From contig JBJOMY010000001.1 in NCBI GenBank assembly GCA_046052125.1, positions 352,001 to 416,000 on the forward strand: 64,000 nucleotides of DNA, written 5' to 3'. This document shows positions 18,871-27,960 of this stretch, in pieces. Position 1 is the first letter of the stretch. Each line of letters begins with the position of its first letter. Both the position numbers and the translations under genes were made by a program. The notes beneath the pieces were generated by a model. That model made no database searches, was not told where the DNA came from, and saw only the letters and a list, made by a program, of their open reading frames with translations. Source of the stretch: Cyanobacteriota bacterium. Its GTDB lineage: Bacteria; Cyanobacteriota; Cyanobacteriia; PCC-6307; Cyanobiaceae.

Positions 18871-20959
18871 CCCAGGCCAGGCGGGAATTCGCGAGCTGCC
18901 TGCGCAGCAGCACCCAGGCCCAAGCCAATCCCAACAGCACCGCCGCGCTCTGACAGAAAGCGATCACGTGGGGGTCGGCCTGCCAGCTCGGCGCCGAGCG
19001 CCAGCCAGACACGGGCAAGAGCTGGCCGGCTTCAGCCATGCCGATCGGCAGATGCCGGGCCAGCAGCAACGCCCAAACCAATGGGAGCAAGCCATAGAGC
19101 GTGCGGGTGAGCCGCTCAAGCGAAAACCACAAACGCGCCAGCAGAAACAGCGCCGATGGCAGGGCCAGCGCCAACAGGGCCGCAGCGAGCCGCGGCAGCC
19201 AGGGGCCTTCCACAAGGCTTGCCGGCGCCAGGGCACTCCACCCCAAGAGGCGCTGCCAGTGATGCAGGCACACATCACCTGCCAGCACGAGCAACAAGGC
19301 GGGCTCGGCCACAGGCAGGCTCATCTCCCGCTGGATGTCCGCAGCAGGCGGCCGCAGCGATAGCTGTACGGAGCGATGCGGGCAGGCCTGCACGCAGGTG
19401 AGACACAACACACAGTTGCGGTTATCGCTCAGGTGCGCCGGATGGGTGCCGAGCGGACAACCGGCTGTGGCCAAGCCTTCACCATCCGCCGGGCCGCCCT
19501 TGAAGCAGGCATAGGTGCTGCAACTGCCGCTGCAGGTGCCCACCTGCGCCCGCAGCTCCAGCACCGAGAGCTTGGCGAACAAACCATTCATGCCGCCCAC
19601 CGGGCAGAGGTAACGGCACCAGAAGCGCTTCTCAAACCGCAGCGATCCGATCACCGCGCCGGCCGTAATCAGCAGCAGCAAGCAACTGCTCAGCCAGGCG
19701 GTGTTCTGCAAATTGCAGAGCTCCTCCCAGAGCAGGATCAAGGCAAAGCCCGCCGCCAGCAAGGGCGATGCCCAGGCATCGCTATCGCCCCTGGGCCAGC
19801 GCTGGGGCTGCCAACCGAGGCGCCGGGCCAGGCGCTGGGTGATCTCCCCCCACACCATGAACGGGCATATCGAGCACCACAGGCGACCCACCAACGGAAA
19901 ACCGAGCAGGATCAGCGGCCACCACCAGGCCCAGAACAGGTTGAGGGCGCCGTTGTGGCTGCGCTCCTGCGGCCCAAGCCACAGCCAAAGATTCACCAGC
20001 ACAAACAGCCAGCTCACCAGACCAAACAGCACGCCGTTCCAGAGCCATGGCGCGCGCATCCACTCCCTCAGCTGAGGCTTCCAGCGCCAGATGTCGAACC
20101 GGAAGCGCTGCTGCCGTGGCGCCGTCCAAAACACGTCATCTGGCAACACCGCCGGCCAGGACATCTCCTGGGGGGCTGCCCCCTGTTCCTGACGGCGCAC
20201 CTGCTGGAGTGCGCGGTAAATCAGCGTTTCCAGCTCCCGCAGGTTGTTGGGGAAGTCGTAGCTCTGCAGGCGCTTCACCACCGCCTCAGGCACCTGCGGT
20301 GGGCTCGGCCAGCCGAGTTTGCGGCTGCGCTGACGCACGCCGTAGCGCACCCACTCCCCCAGATCCTGGCGCCGCACCCTCAAGGGAGGCACGCGGATCA
20401 GGCTGCAGCAGCGATCAAAGGCAGGAACGCTCGCCTCAGCGGTGAAGAACACGCGGCCCGGGAAGTGTCGAGCCGGCGTTGATGGGTCATCAGCAGCCAC
20501 AGCCGCAGGCCACCAACTGCCGCTCTGGGCCAAGGCCAACAAACGCTGCTGCAGGAGCGAAGGCACCTGATCCAACTTGTCGATCAGGAGGGAGCCTTCG
20601 CCCAGCAGCTCCAGAAGGGCCGGCTCGCTGCCATCGGATGCACTGCCGAATAGGTCAGCGCCATCGGCTTTGAGTAGCGCACCATCGAGGCGGAGCATCA
20701 GCTGCTGGCGCAGCGGCGAGCCGTAATGGATCAGCGCGGCAATGTTGTCCTTCTCCAGCCCGGGTTCACCGCTGATCAGCACGGGCCGGCGCTGGGGGTC
20801 TTCAGCGGCGAGCCGGATTGCATCACGCAACTTGCGGGCGTAGCGACTGCTGCCGACCACCCCACGGCGGGCCTGCCCCACCAGAAATGGCGCAAGACGC
20901 AGCAGAGCCGCGTTGTCACGGGACGACGACGGCGGCAGGGACGACGACACAGGCACCAC
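18800..20959 (-). CDS. Sigma54-interaction-like AAA+ domain fused to a 4Fe-4S membrane (NapH/RdxA-like) domain
   Basis: VLISGEPGLEKD, VPPLRVRRQD and YDFPNNLREL; GRLWCSICP, RFWCRYLCPVG and CVLCLTCVQACP. Confidence 0.88.
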   Translation of the reverse strand: MVPVSSSLPPSSSRDNAALLRLAPFLVGQARRGVVGSSRYARKLRDAIRLAAEDPQRRPVLISGEPGLEKDNIAALIHYGSPLRQQLMLRLDGALLKADGADLFGSASDGSEPALLELLGEGSLLIDKLDQVPSLLQQRLLALAQSGSWWPAAVAADDPSTPARHFPGRVFFTAEASVPAFDRCCSLIRVPPLRVRRQDLGEWVRYGVRQRSRKLGWPSPPQVPEAVVKRLQSYDFPNNLRELETLIYRALQQVRRQEQGAAPQEMSWPAVLPDDVFWTAPRQQRFRFDIWRWKPQLREWMRAPWLWNGVLFGLVSWLFVLVNLWLWLGPQERSHNGALNLFWAWWWPLILLGFPLVGRLWCSICPFMVWGEITQRLARRLGWQPQRWPRGDSDAWASPLLAAGFALILLWEELCNLQNTAWLSSCLLLLITAGAVIGSLRFEKRFWCRYLCPVGGMNGLFAKLSVLELRAQVGTCSGSCSTYACFKGGPADGEGLATAGCPLGTHPAHLSDNRNCVLCLTCVQACPHRSVQLSLRPPAADIQREMSLPVAEPALLLVLAGDVCLHHWQRLLGWSALAPASLVEGPWLPRLAAALLALALPSALFLLARLWFSLERLTRTLYGLLPLVWALLLARHLPIGMAEAGQLLPVSGWRSAPSWQADPHVIAFCQSAAVLLGLAWAWVLLRRQLANSRLAWVSASALALVLAGAGRWLVAVPFS

Positions 20960-21059
20960 TGAGGGCTCAACACCAGTGTGATGCCATTGATGCCCAGGCG
21001 CCGCGGCCTGGCCTCACACAGCTGATACTGACCGGCTGAGTTGCGAACGCAACGGATCG

Positions 21060-21638
21060 ATGGCTCTCACCCTCTACGGCGGCGCCCGCTCCCGCGCCTC
21101 CATGCCCCGCTGGTACATGGAGGAGAAAGGCATCCCCTATCAGTGGCAACTGCTGGACATGGAGGCCGGCGAACACCGCGCTGAGCCCTTCCTGCAGATC
21201 AACCCCTTTGGCAAGGTCCCGGCACTGGTGGATGACGATGCCGCCCTGCCCGGCGGCCGTCTGCAGCTGTTTGAAAGCGGCGCGATCCTGCTGTATCTGG
21301 CGGAGCGCTACGGCGGCGAATGCGGCACTGCCGCCGAGCGCGCCCTGGCGCAGCAATGGGTGCTGTTCGCCAACGCCACCCTGGCTACCGCCCTGTTTGT
21401 GCCCTCCAACCGCGAGCGGGAGTTCCCCAGGCTGATGGCGGTGCTCGACACGCGGCTGGCCGAGGGACCGCTGATGGGTGATCGCTGGAGCGTGGCCGAT
21501 TGCGCCGTACACGCCTATCTGGCCTACCTGCCGATCTTCTTTCCCCAGATCGACCTGAGCCCCTACCCCCACGTGCAGGCCACGATCGCCGCCACCCAGC
21601 AGCGAGCGGCTTATCAAACAGTGATGGGCCAGCGTTGA
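21060..21638 (+). CDS. Glutathione S-transferase
   Basis: SRA..RW, INPFGKVPAL, LFESGAILLYLAE. Confidence 0.95.
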   Translation: MALTLYGGARSRASMPRWYMEEKGIPYQWQLLDMEAGEHRAEPFLQINPFGKVPALVDDDAALPGGRLQLFESGAILLYLAERYGGECGTAAERALAQQWVLFANATLATALFVPSNREREFPRLMAVLDTRLAEGPLMGDRWSVADCAVHAYLAYLPIFFPQIDLSPYPHVQATIAATQQRAAYQTVMGQR

Positions 21639-22279
21639 CCCCCAAGCACGGGCGCCTGAGCTGGCAGGGCAGCGAACTGGAGTTGCTGCCGCAGCGGGCC
21701 CTGTGGCAGGCCGATACCGGCCTGCTGCTGGTGGCCGATCTGCATCTCGGCAAGGCTGAAAGTTTCCAGGCCAGCGGCATCCCCCTGCCGAGTGATGGCG
21801 ACCTGAGCAACCTCAACGCCCTGCTGGAGCTCGCAACCCAACTGCGGCCCCAGCGGGTGGTGGTGCTGGGCGATCTGATCCATAGCCGCTTCGGGCTGAC
21901 CGCAGAACTGCGCGAGAAGATCAGGGCTCTGCCCGAGTTGCTGGGTTGTCCGCTCGAGCTGATCGGAGGCAACCACGACCAGGGCAGCTGGTTTGAGGGA
22001 CTGCCGGCAAAGCCCGCCTGCCGCTACGGCCCGCTCTGGCTAAGCCATGAACCCTGCACCCCTGCCGATCCAGCGCTGCTGAATGTGGCCGGCCATGTGC
22101 ATCCAGTGGCGGTGCTGGGCCATGGCAGCGATCGGCTCCGGCTGCCCTGCTTTGCGTTGCACAAACCGCAGCGGCAACTGTTGCTGCCGGCCTTCGGCAG
22201 CCTCACCGGCGGCTATGCCGTATCGGCCGATCACCAGCGCTGGGTGATCGCAGAGCAGAGCGTTTTGGCCTTGCCCTGA
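21635..22279 (+). CDS. pdeM: Ligase-associated DNA damage response endonuclease PdeM (metallophosphoesterase)
   Basis: ADLHLGKA, LGDLIH, GNHD, HEP, GHVHP, LPAFGSLTGG; TTG start overlaps the GST stop. Confidence 0.9.
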   Translation: MTPKHGRLSWQGSELELLPQRALWQADTGLLLVADLHLGKAESFQASGIPLPSDGDLSNLNALLELATQLRPQRVVVLGDLIHSRFGLTAELREKIRALPELLGCPLELIGGNHDQGSWFEGLPAKPACRYGPLWLSHEPCTPADPALLNVAGHVHPVAVLGHGSDRLRLPCFALHKPQRQLLLPAFGSLTGGYAVSADHQRWVIAEQSVLALP

Positions 22280-22298
22280 GGCCAAACCAGCCAGCGCA

Positions 22299-23759
22299 TT
22301 GCCCGTAGATTTGCATCAACGGGCCCGCCGCCACCTGGACACAGCACCGCCGCCACCCTCCACCGCCCGGCGGGCGGATCCCAGGCCGCAGTGGCAGCGC
22401 AAGCGCTGGCTCACCATCGGAGTTCCCCTGGCGGGCCTGGCCTTTCTGGTGGCGATTGCTCCGCCCCTGCCGGAGCAGCGCACGGGGCTGGAGCTGATTC
22501 AGCCGGCTGCCAGCGGCGAGGCCTTTCGCTACCTCCCCAACGACGAGGTTTACGCCCTCGATTTCGACCCCCGCCAGGTGCAGCTTGATCTGCTGGAGGG
22601 CTGGGACCGAGAACAGGATGCCTTCGAAGACAGCGCCGCTCTGGCCTACGTGTCAGGGCCGATGTACGAGCGGCACGTCAACAACAGCGGCCAGGAGATC
22701 ACTGTTCCCCTGGGTGATATCAAGCTGGGCCAAAGGGTCTGGCGGGGCCGGAATCGCACCGCGGCCAGGCAGCGGGCCTTCATCGGCATCCGCCATAACG
22801 GCCAGGCGGAATTCGGCTACGGCGAACTCACCCCCGAGCGGGCTGCCCGCTACGACAGCTTCATTGGCGGCCTGCACAGCGTTTACAACGATCTGGAGAA
22901 ACCTCCCGCTAGCTACCGCGGTGCTTACAGCATTTCGATGGGGCAGCAGATCCGCTATTACCTTCCCCGCATCCGCATGGTGATGGGCCTCAGGCCCGAT
23001 GGGCGGGTGGAGGTGTTGATGAGCCGAGATGGCCTCACCCTCGAACAAACCAAAGACCTCGCCCGCAGACGCGGCCTGCGGGCCGCTTACCTGCCGGACC
23101 ATGCCTCAAAGAGCCGGCTGATCATTCCCGGGGTCAAGGGCTTCAGCCAGGACGACGCCAACTGGATCAGCGGCGGCGCCACCAGCTTTGTGCACGTGCC
23201 CTACCTGCTGCGACTCAGTCGGCGGGCCGTTCCCCTGCAGGGGAACCTGATGGAGACCTTCGCCAGGCAAACGGCCAGCAGCAGCTGCTCCAATCCTCTG
23301 GACTGCGGTCAATCGCTGGGCACCCAGATCTTCGATCGGGCGTTGGCCGGCTTCAACCGGCTGATGGAGCAGGGCGTTGAACCGCTCGCCCGCCTGATCT
23401 GGGAACCGAAGGGCCAGCGATCCCCGAAACGGGAGGGTTTGCGCTCGCCCCTGCGGGAGCCACCGATCACCGCCGACCCGATGGCCCTGCGCGAGCTGCA
23501 GCTCAGCGAGGAAGCCGCGGCCAGCAGCGAAGAAGCGGCACCGCTGGCCCCGGATCTACCGCCGCCGCTGCTGCTGCAGGAAGGGCAGGATCTGCCAGCC
23601 AACCCAGACGCCACCAGCGCCGACCCTGGCCTGGAGCCAGCACTGCCTCAGGCCGATGCTGTGGTTCCAGGCATCAATCAACAGCCTGGGTCGATACCAA
23701 AAGGTGCACCGGCGCCACCACCGTTGCTGCCACCACTCACACCGCCACCGCTGCCGTAA
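22299..23759 (+). CDS. Membrane-anchored hypothetical protein with a distant phosphodiester-glycosidase-like domain and Pro-rich tail
   Basis: One N-terminal TM; PRIRMVMGLRPDGRVEVLMSRDGLTLEQ..AAYLPD. Confidence 0.75.
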   Translation: MPVDLHQRARRHLDTAPPPPSTARRADPRPQWQRKRWLTIGVPLAGLAFLVAIAPPLPEQRTGLELIQPAASGEAFRYLPNDEVYALDFDPRQVQLDLLEGWDREQDAFEDSAALAYVSGPMYERHVNNSGQEITVPLGDIKLGQRVWRGRNRTAARQRAFIGIRHNGQAEFGYGELTPERAARYDSFIGGLHSVYNDLEKPPASYRGAYSISMGQQIRYYLPRIRMVMGLRPDGRVEVLMSRDGLTLEQTKDLARRRGLRAAYLPDHASKSRLIIPGVKGFSQDDANWISGGATSFVHVPYLLRLSRRAVPLQGNLMETFARQTASSSCSNPLDCGQSLGTQIFDRALAGFNRLMEQGVEPLARLIWEPKGQRSPKREGLRSPLREPPITADPMALRELQLSEEAAASSEEAAPLAPDLPPPLLLQEGQDLPANPDATSADPGLEPALPQADAVVPGINQQPGSIPKGAPAPPPLLPPLTPPPLP

Positions 23760-23767
23760 GGCAGCAC

Positions 23768-24232
23768 TCAGGCGCTGGCCAGGGCGCGCACCACATCACC
23801 GCGGGTGAGCACGCCAACGGGCTGCTTGGATGCATCGAGCACAAACAGGCGCTGGGTGCTGCGCTCGTGGAGCAACTTGGCCGCTGCGGGAAGCGAGAGA
23901 TCGGCATCGCAGTGGTGAGGGGTTTTGCTCATCACCTCACCCACGGTGCTGCCGAGCACCTGATGCACTTCCTTATCCCAGTTGAGCGGGTTACGGAGAT
24001 AGATCACCGCATCCAGGAGCATCACGTAGGGGCCGGCATCGAAGCCGCTCTCGCGCACCATCAGGTCCTGCTCGGTGAGTTCACCCACTAGCGCACCATT
24101 GGCATCCACCACCGGCAGCCCGCTGATGTGGTGCTCACTCATCAGCTGCACCGCCTCCTGCAGAGGTGTGGTGGTGGAGACACTGCGCACCGGGGTGGTC
24201 ATCACTTCGGAAACGCGGCGTTCGACGACCAT
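23768..24232 (-). CDS. CBS domain protein
   Basis: Two CBS repeats (VMT.PV..HHISGLPVVD..GELTEQDL; VMS..GVLTRGDVV). Confidence 0.92.
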   Translation of the reverse strand: MVVERRVSEVMTTPVRSVSTTTPLQEAVQLMSEHHISGLPVVDANGALVGELTEQDLMVRESGFDAGPYVMLLDAVIYLRNPLNWDKEVHQVLGSTVGEVMSKTPHHCDADLSLPAAAKLLHERSTQRLFVLDASKQPVGVLTRGDVVRALASA

Positions 24233-24266
24233 GGCAGGCTCAGGACTGGCGCCATTGTGACCCGCC

Positions 24267-24788
24267 ATGAAGCTGCAACGACGCCTCGCCGATGGCCTCA
24301 CCGTGGGGCGGGCGGTGATTGGTCTTCCTCTGATCGTGGCGCTCAGTGGCGGCCACGCCGGCCTGGCCTGGTGGCTGCTGCTGCTGGGCGGCCTCAGTGA
24401 CGCTGCCGACGGCTGGCTGGCGCGGCGCGCCGGCGGAGGTTCCGTATGGGGGGCACGCCTCGATCCCCTCACCGACAAGATCCTGATCCTGGCGCCCCTG
24501 CTTTGGCTAGGGGCCCAGCAGAGCCTGCCCCTCTGGGCGATCTGGCTACTGCTGGGCCGGGAGCTGCTGATCTCTGGCTGGCGCGCCGGCCAAGGCAGTG
24601 GTGGCCCCGCCTCCAAGAGCGGCAAGGCCAAAACGATCCTGCAGTTCGCCTCCTTGCTGCTGTTGCTCTGGCCGAGCAGCTGGGGGCCAGCGATCGCCGG
24701 GGGCCTGCACAACCTGGGGTTCTGGCTGTTCTGGCCCTCGCTGCTGCTCGCCCTGAGTTCCGCCTGGGGCTACATGCGCAAGGATTGA
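24267..24788 (+). CDS. CDP-alcohol phosphatidyltransferase
   Basis: DAADGWLARR..GARLDPLTDK signature. Confidence 0.92.
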   Translation: MKLQRRLADGLTVGRAVIGLPLIVALSGGHAGLAWWLLLLGGLSDAADGWLARRAGGGSVWGARLDPLTDKILILAPLLWLGAQQSLPLWAIWLLLGRELLISGWRAGQGSGGPASKSGKAKTILQFASLLLLLWPSSWGPAIAGGLHNLGFWLFWPSLLLALSSAWGYMRKD

Positions 24789-24794
24789 TCCGGC

Positions 24795-25712
24795 TCAGCC
24801 GATCAAGGCCTCATCGCTGCTGAAATCAGGGCTGGTGGGCATCCGCTGGGCGTAGTCGTTGGCGTAGCTGTCGGCCATGGCCTGCTCAACGCTGAAGGCC
24901 GGCGTCCAGGCCAGCTCCCGCTGCACGCGGGTCACATCCGTGAGGAAGTGGGCCAAACGGAGCGGAAACGCCTTGCGCGCTTTTTTATCGAGCCCGGAAG
25001 GATCGAAGCTGCGGATCTCCACCGCGGCGGGATCCTTTCCGCAGGCCCGTGCCGCAGCCGCCACCAAACCCTTAAAGGTGATGCCCTGCACGCTGCTGCA
25101 GTTGTAGATGCGGTTGGCGGCGGCATCCACCCCAATGCTCAGGGCCATGGCAGTGGCCAGATCGTTCACATGCCCCAGCTGGGTGATCGTGCTGCCATCA
25201 CCGGGCAGCGGTACCGGCCGGCCATGCACAATCCGATCGAAGAACCAGCTCTCGACAGGGTTGTAGTTGCCGGCGCCCACGATGTAAGTGGGACGGAAGC
25301 TGGTGAACGGGATCTTCTCGGCGCTGAGCCAAGCCTCCGTATCCAGCTTGCCGCTGTGGCGGCTCTGGGGATCCGTGGGGGAGTGCTCGCTAAGGGGCCA
25401 GAGCTCGCTGTCGGCGTACACGCCTGCAGAGCTCACATACACAAATCGATGGCTGGGGGCGCCGGTGCGCTCAATCACGGCGCGGCTGTCATCGAGCGTG
25501 CGGCCTGAGCTGTCCACGATCACGTCAAAACTCCGGCTCTGCAGCGCTGCCAGGCCGTCGGCAGTGCTGCGGTCGCCGCAGAGATGCTCCACCCCGGCCG
25601 GCACGGGGTTCTTGCCGCGGGTGAAGAGCGTGAGCGCGTGCCCCTCGGCCAGCAGCTGCGCCACCAGGGGCTTACCCACGAAGCGGGTTCCGCCCATCAC
25701 GAGGATCTTCAC
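24795..25712 (-). CDS. NAD-dependent epimerase/dehydratase (CSP41-like)
   Basis: ILVMGGTRFVG, YVSSAGVY, FRPTYI, WFFDRI. Confidence 0.92.
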   Translation of the reverse strand: MKILVMGGTRFVGKPLVAQLLAEGHALTLFTRGKNPVPAGVEHLCGDRSTADGLAALQSRSFDVIVDSSGRTLDDSRAVIERTGAPSHRFVYVSSAGVYADSELWPLSEHSPTDPQSRHSGKLDTEAWLSAEKIPFTSFRPTYIVGAGNYNPVESWFFDRIVHGRPVPLPGDGSTITQLGHVNDLATAMALSIGVDAAANRIYNCSSVQGITFKGLVAAAARACGKDPAAVEIRSFDPSGLDKKARKAFPLRLAHFLTDVTRVQRELAWTPAFSVEQAMADSYANDYAQRMPTSPDFSSDEALIG

Positions 25713-25784
25713 GCCAACGCCAATCGAACTGGCGGCCATTCAAGCGTTGTCGCAGCACACTGGGGCCCTGCAAACCGAGGCCGA

Positions 25785-26471
25785 ATGGGACGCTTCAACG
25801 AGGTGCTGCGGGCGCTCAACAACCTGAAGCTGCTGGCAGCGATCGGCCGCAGCGGCGGCGATCTGAGCAGCGTGGCCGATCTGGTGGACAGCTTCATCGA
25901 CAGCCCGCAGATGGGCGACTGCATTCGACGCTTCCGCGCCGTACCCGGCGGAGCGGCACTGATGGACGAGCGCTACCCACCACTGCAACCCGATCTCGAC
26001 CAGCTGAGCCGATTGCCTGAGGGCAGCCTCGGCGAGCGCTATGCCCGCTTGATCACCAAGCTCGGCTACGACCCTGAGTTCTTCCGCCCCCGTGCGATCG
26101 CCACAGAAGCCCAGTGGCTCACTCAACGGGTCGCCACCACGCACGACATCCATCATGTGATTTGTGGTTTCGGCACGGAACCCGAAGGCGAAAGCGGGGT
26201 ATTGGCCGTCACGGCTGCCCAGATCGGCTTCCCCGCTTATGTGCTGCTCACCAGCGCCAGCCAGCTGGCCAGCTTCCGCTTGCAGCTGGAGCGGTTCGAG
26301 GGCATCAGCCGCGCCGTGAGCCATGGCCACGCCATCGCCCGGCAGGCCCGTTGCCTGGTGACGGCGCGCTGGGAAGAGGGCTGGGAGAAGCCCGTGAGCC
26401 AATGGCGCAGCGAACTGGGCATCAGCGACCCAGCGGATCAGGAGCCCTACGGCCTGGCGGGGCAGCTGTGA
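25785..26471 (+). CDS. Coq4 family protein
   Basis: LPEGSLGERY, THDIHHV..G....EGE and WEE.W motifs. Confidence 0.85.
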   Translation: MGRFNEVLRALNNLKLLAAIGRSGGDLSSVADLVDSFIDSPQMGDCIRRFRAVPGGAALMDERYPPLQPDLDQLSRLPEGSLGERYARLITKLGYDPEFFRPRAIATEAQWLTQRVATTHDIHHVICGFGTEPEGESGVLAVTAAQIGFPAYVLLTSASQLASFRLQLERFEGISRAVSHGHAIARQARCLVTARWEEGWEKPVSQWRSELGISDPADQEPYGLAGQL

Positions 26472-26689
26472 AGTTGCCGCAACGCTGGACAGCCCAGCCC
26501 GCCAGCTGCGGACGAACCCAGGGCTATCGCCATTTTCAGCTACTTGGGGAGCAGGGAAAAGGCGCTGATCGCGCCGTGCGCCTCGAGGCCGTGCTCGATC
26601 GCAGCTATCGCCTGCTGGTCCGCCTGCAGGAGCTCCGCGATCGCAGCCTCTGGCAGCCTGGCTGGCAGTCGTTGAGCCGGCCGGCCGCC
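26468..26689 (+). CDS. TIGR02450-like Trp-rich domain, in frame with hisA and without its own stop
   Basis: RWTA..GYRHF..LEAVL..ELRDRSLWQPGWQ; GTG start overlaps the Coq4 stop. Confidence 0.7.
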
Positions 26690-27463
26690 ATGCAGATCAT
26701 TCCCGCCATCGACCTGCTCGATGGCCACTGCGTGCGCCTGCACCAGGGCGACTACGACCAGGTGACGCGCTTCAACGACGACCCGGTGGCTCAGGCCCTC
26801 GAGTGGCAGCGCCAGGGCGCCCAGCGGCTGCACCTGGTGGATCTCGATGGCGCCAAAACCGGCCAGCCGATCAACGACCAGGCCGTGAAGGCGATCACCG
26901 CCGCCCTCTCGATTCCAGTGCAGCTCGGCGGAGGTGTGCGCAGCGCCGAGCGTGCTGAAGAACTGCTGGCCTGCGGTCTGGATCGCGTGATCCTCGGCAC
27001 CGTGGCGATCGAGAAGCCTGAGCTGGTGAAGGAGCTAGCCTCGCGCCATCCCGGCAAGGTGGTGGTGGGCATCGATGCCAAAGACGGCCTGGTGGCCACC
27101 CGCGGCTGGATCGAAACGAGCACCGTGAAGGCCACCGACCTGGCCAAAAGCTTTGAGGGCTGCGGCGTCGCCGCGATCATCAGCACCGATATCGCCACCG
27201 ACGGCACCCTGGCGGGCCCCAACCTGAACGCATTGCGGGCCATGGCTGAAGCCAGCTCGATCCCGGTGATCGCCTCGGGCGGGATCGGCACCCTGGAGGA
27301 CATCCTCTCGTTGCTATCGATCGCACCGCTTGGCGTGGAGGGCGTGATCGTGGGTCGTGCGCTGTATGACGGCACCGTGGACCTAGCGGAGGCGTTGCAG
27401 GCGATTGGCCCGGAACGCTTACAAGACGCACTCACTTCGCCTACGGGTTCTATAACGGGATAA
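26690..27463 (+). CDS. hisA: ProFAR isomerase
   Basis: IIPAIDL.DG.CVRL.QGDY, LHLVDLDGA, QLGGGVRS, TDIATDGTL.GPN. Confidence 0.97.
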   Translation: MQIIPAIDLLDGHCVRLHQGDYDQVTRFNDDPVAQALEWQRQGAQRLHLVDLDGAKTGQPINDQAVKAITAALSIPVQLGGGVRSAERAEELLACGLDRVILGTVAIEKPELVKELASRHPGKVVVGIDAKDGLVATRGWIETSTVKATDLAKSFEGCGVAAIISTDIATDGTLAGPNLNALRAMAEASSIPVIASGGIGTLEDILSLLSIAPLGVEGVIVGRALYDGTVDLAEALQAIGPERLQDALTSPTGSITG

Positions 27464-27479
27464 GACGTTCACGCCTCTC

Positions 27480-27932
27480 TTGGCGGCGACACCCACCACC
27501 ACAGCCAGCAGCGAAGCGCGCCTGGGCGAGTCAGGCCTGGAGGGTGCCATCACCCGCTGCCGCGATTTGGGCATGCGGCTGTCTCGGCAGCGGCGCATGG
27601 TGCTGGAGCTCCTCTGGGACGTGAAGGATCACCTGAGCGCCCGCGACATCTTCGAGAAACTGAATGCCAGGGGCCGCAACATCGGCCACACCTCGGTGTA
27701 TCAGAACCTCGAAGCTCTTCAGAGTGCTGGTGTGATCGAGTGCCTGGATCGCGCCAGCGGCAGGCTCTACGGCTACCGCAGCGATCCCCACAGCCACCTC
27801 ACCTGCCTCAACACGGGCTCCATCCAAGATCTGGATGTTGAGCTGCCGGCCGATCTGCTGCGCCAGATCGAGGAGCACACCGGCTTCGCAATCGAGAGCT
27901 ACACCCTGCATCTGAGCGGCCGGCGCCGCTGA
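27480..27932 (+). CDS. Fur family transcriptional regulator
   Basis: RLSRQRRMVLELL..HLSA..SVYQNL..HSHLTC. Confidence 0.92.
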   Translation: MAATPTTTASSEARLGESGLEGAITRCRDLGMRLSRQRRMVLELLWDVKDHLSARDIFEKLNARGRNIGHTSVYQNLEALQSAGVIECLDRASGRLYGYRSDPHSHLTCLNTGSIQDLDVELPADLLRQIEEHTGFAIESYTLHLSGRRR

Positions 27933-27960
27933 GCTGAAAACCCAGGCCAGGGCCGTTAAC

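Noticed and set aside
23700..23756. CCG/CCA-rich short repeats
   Set aside because: Explained by the poly-proline tail of the CDS.
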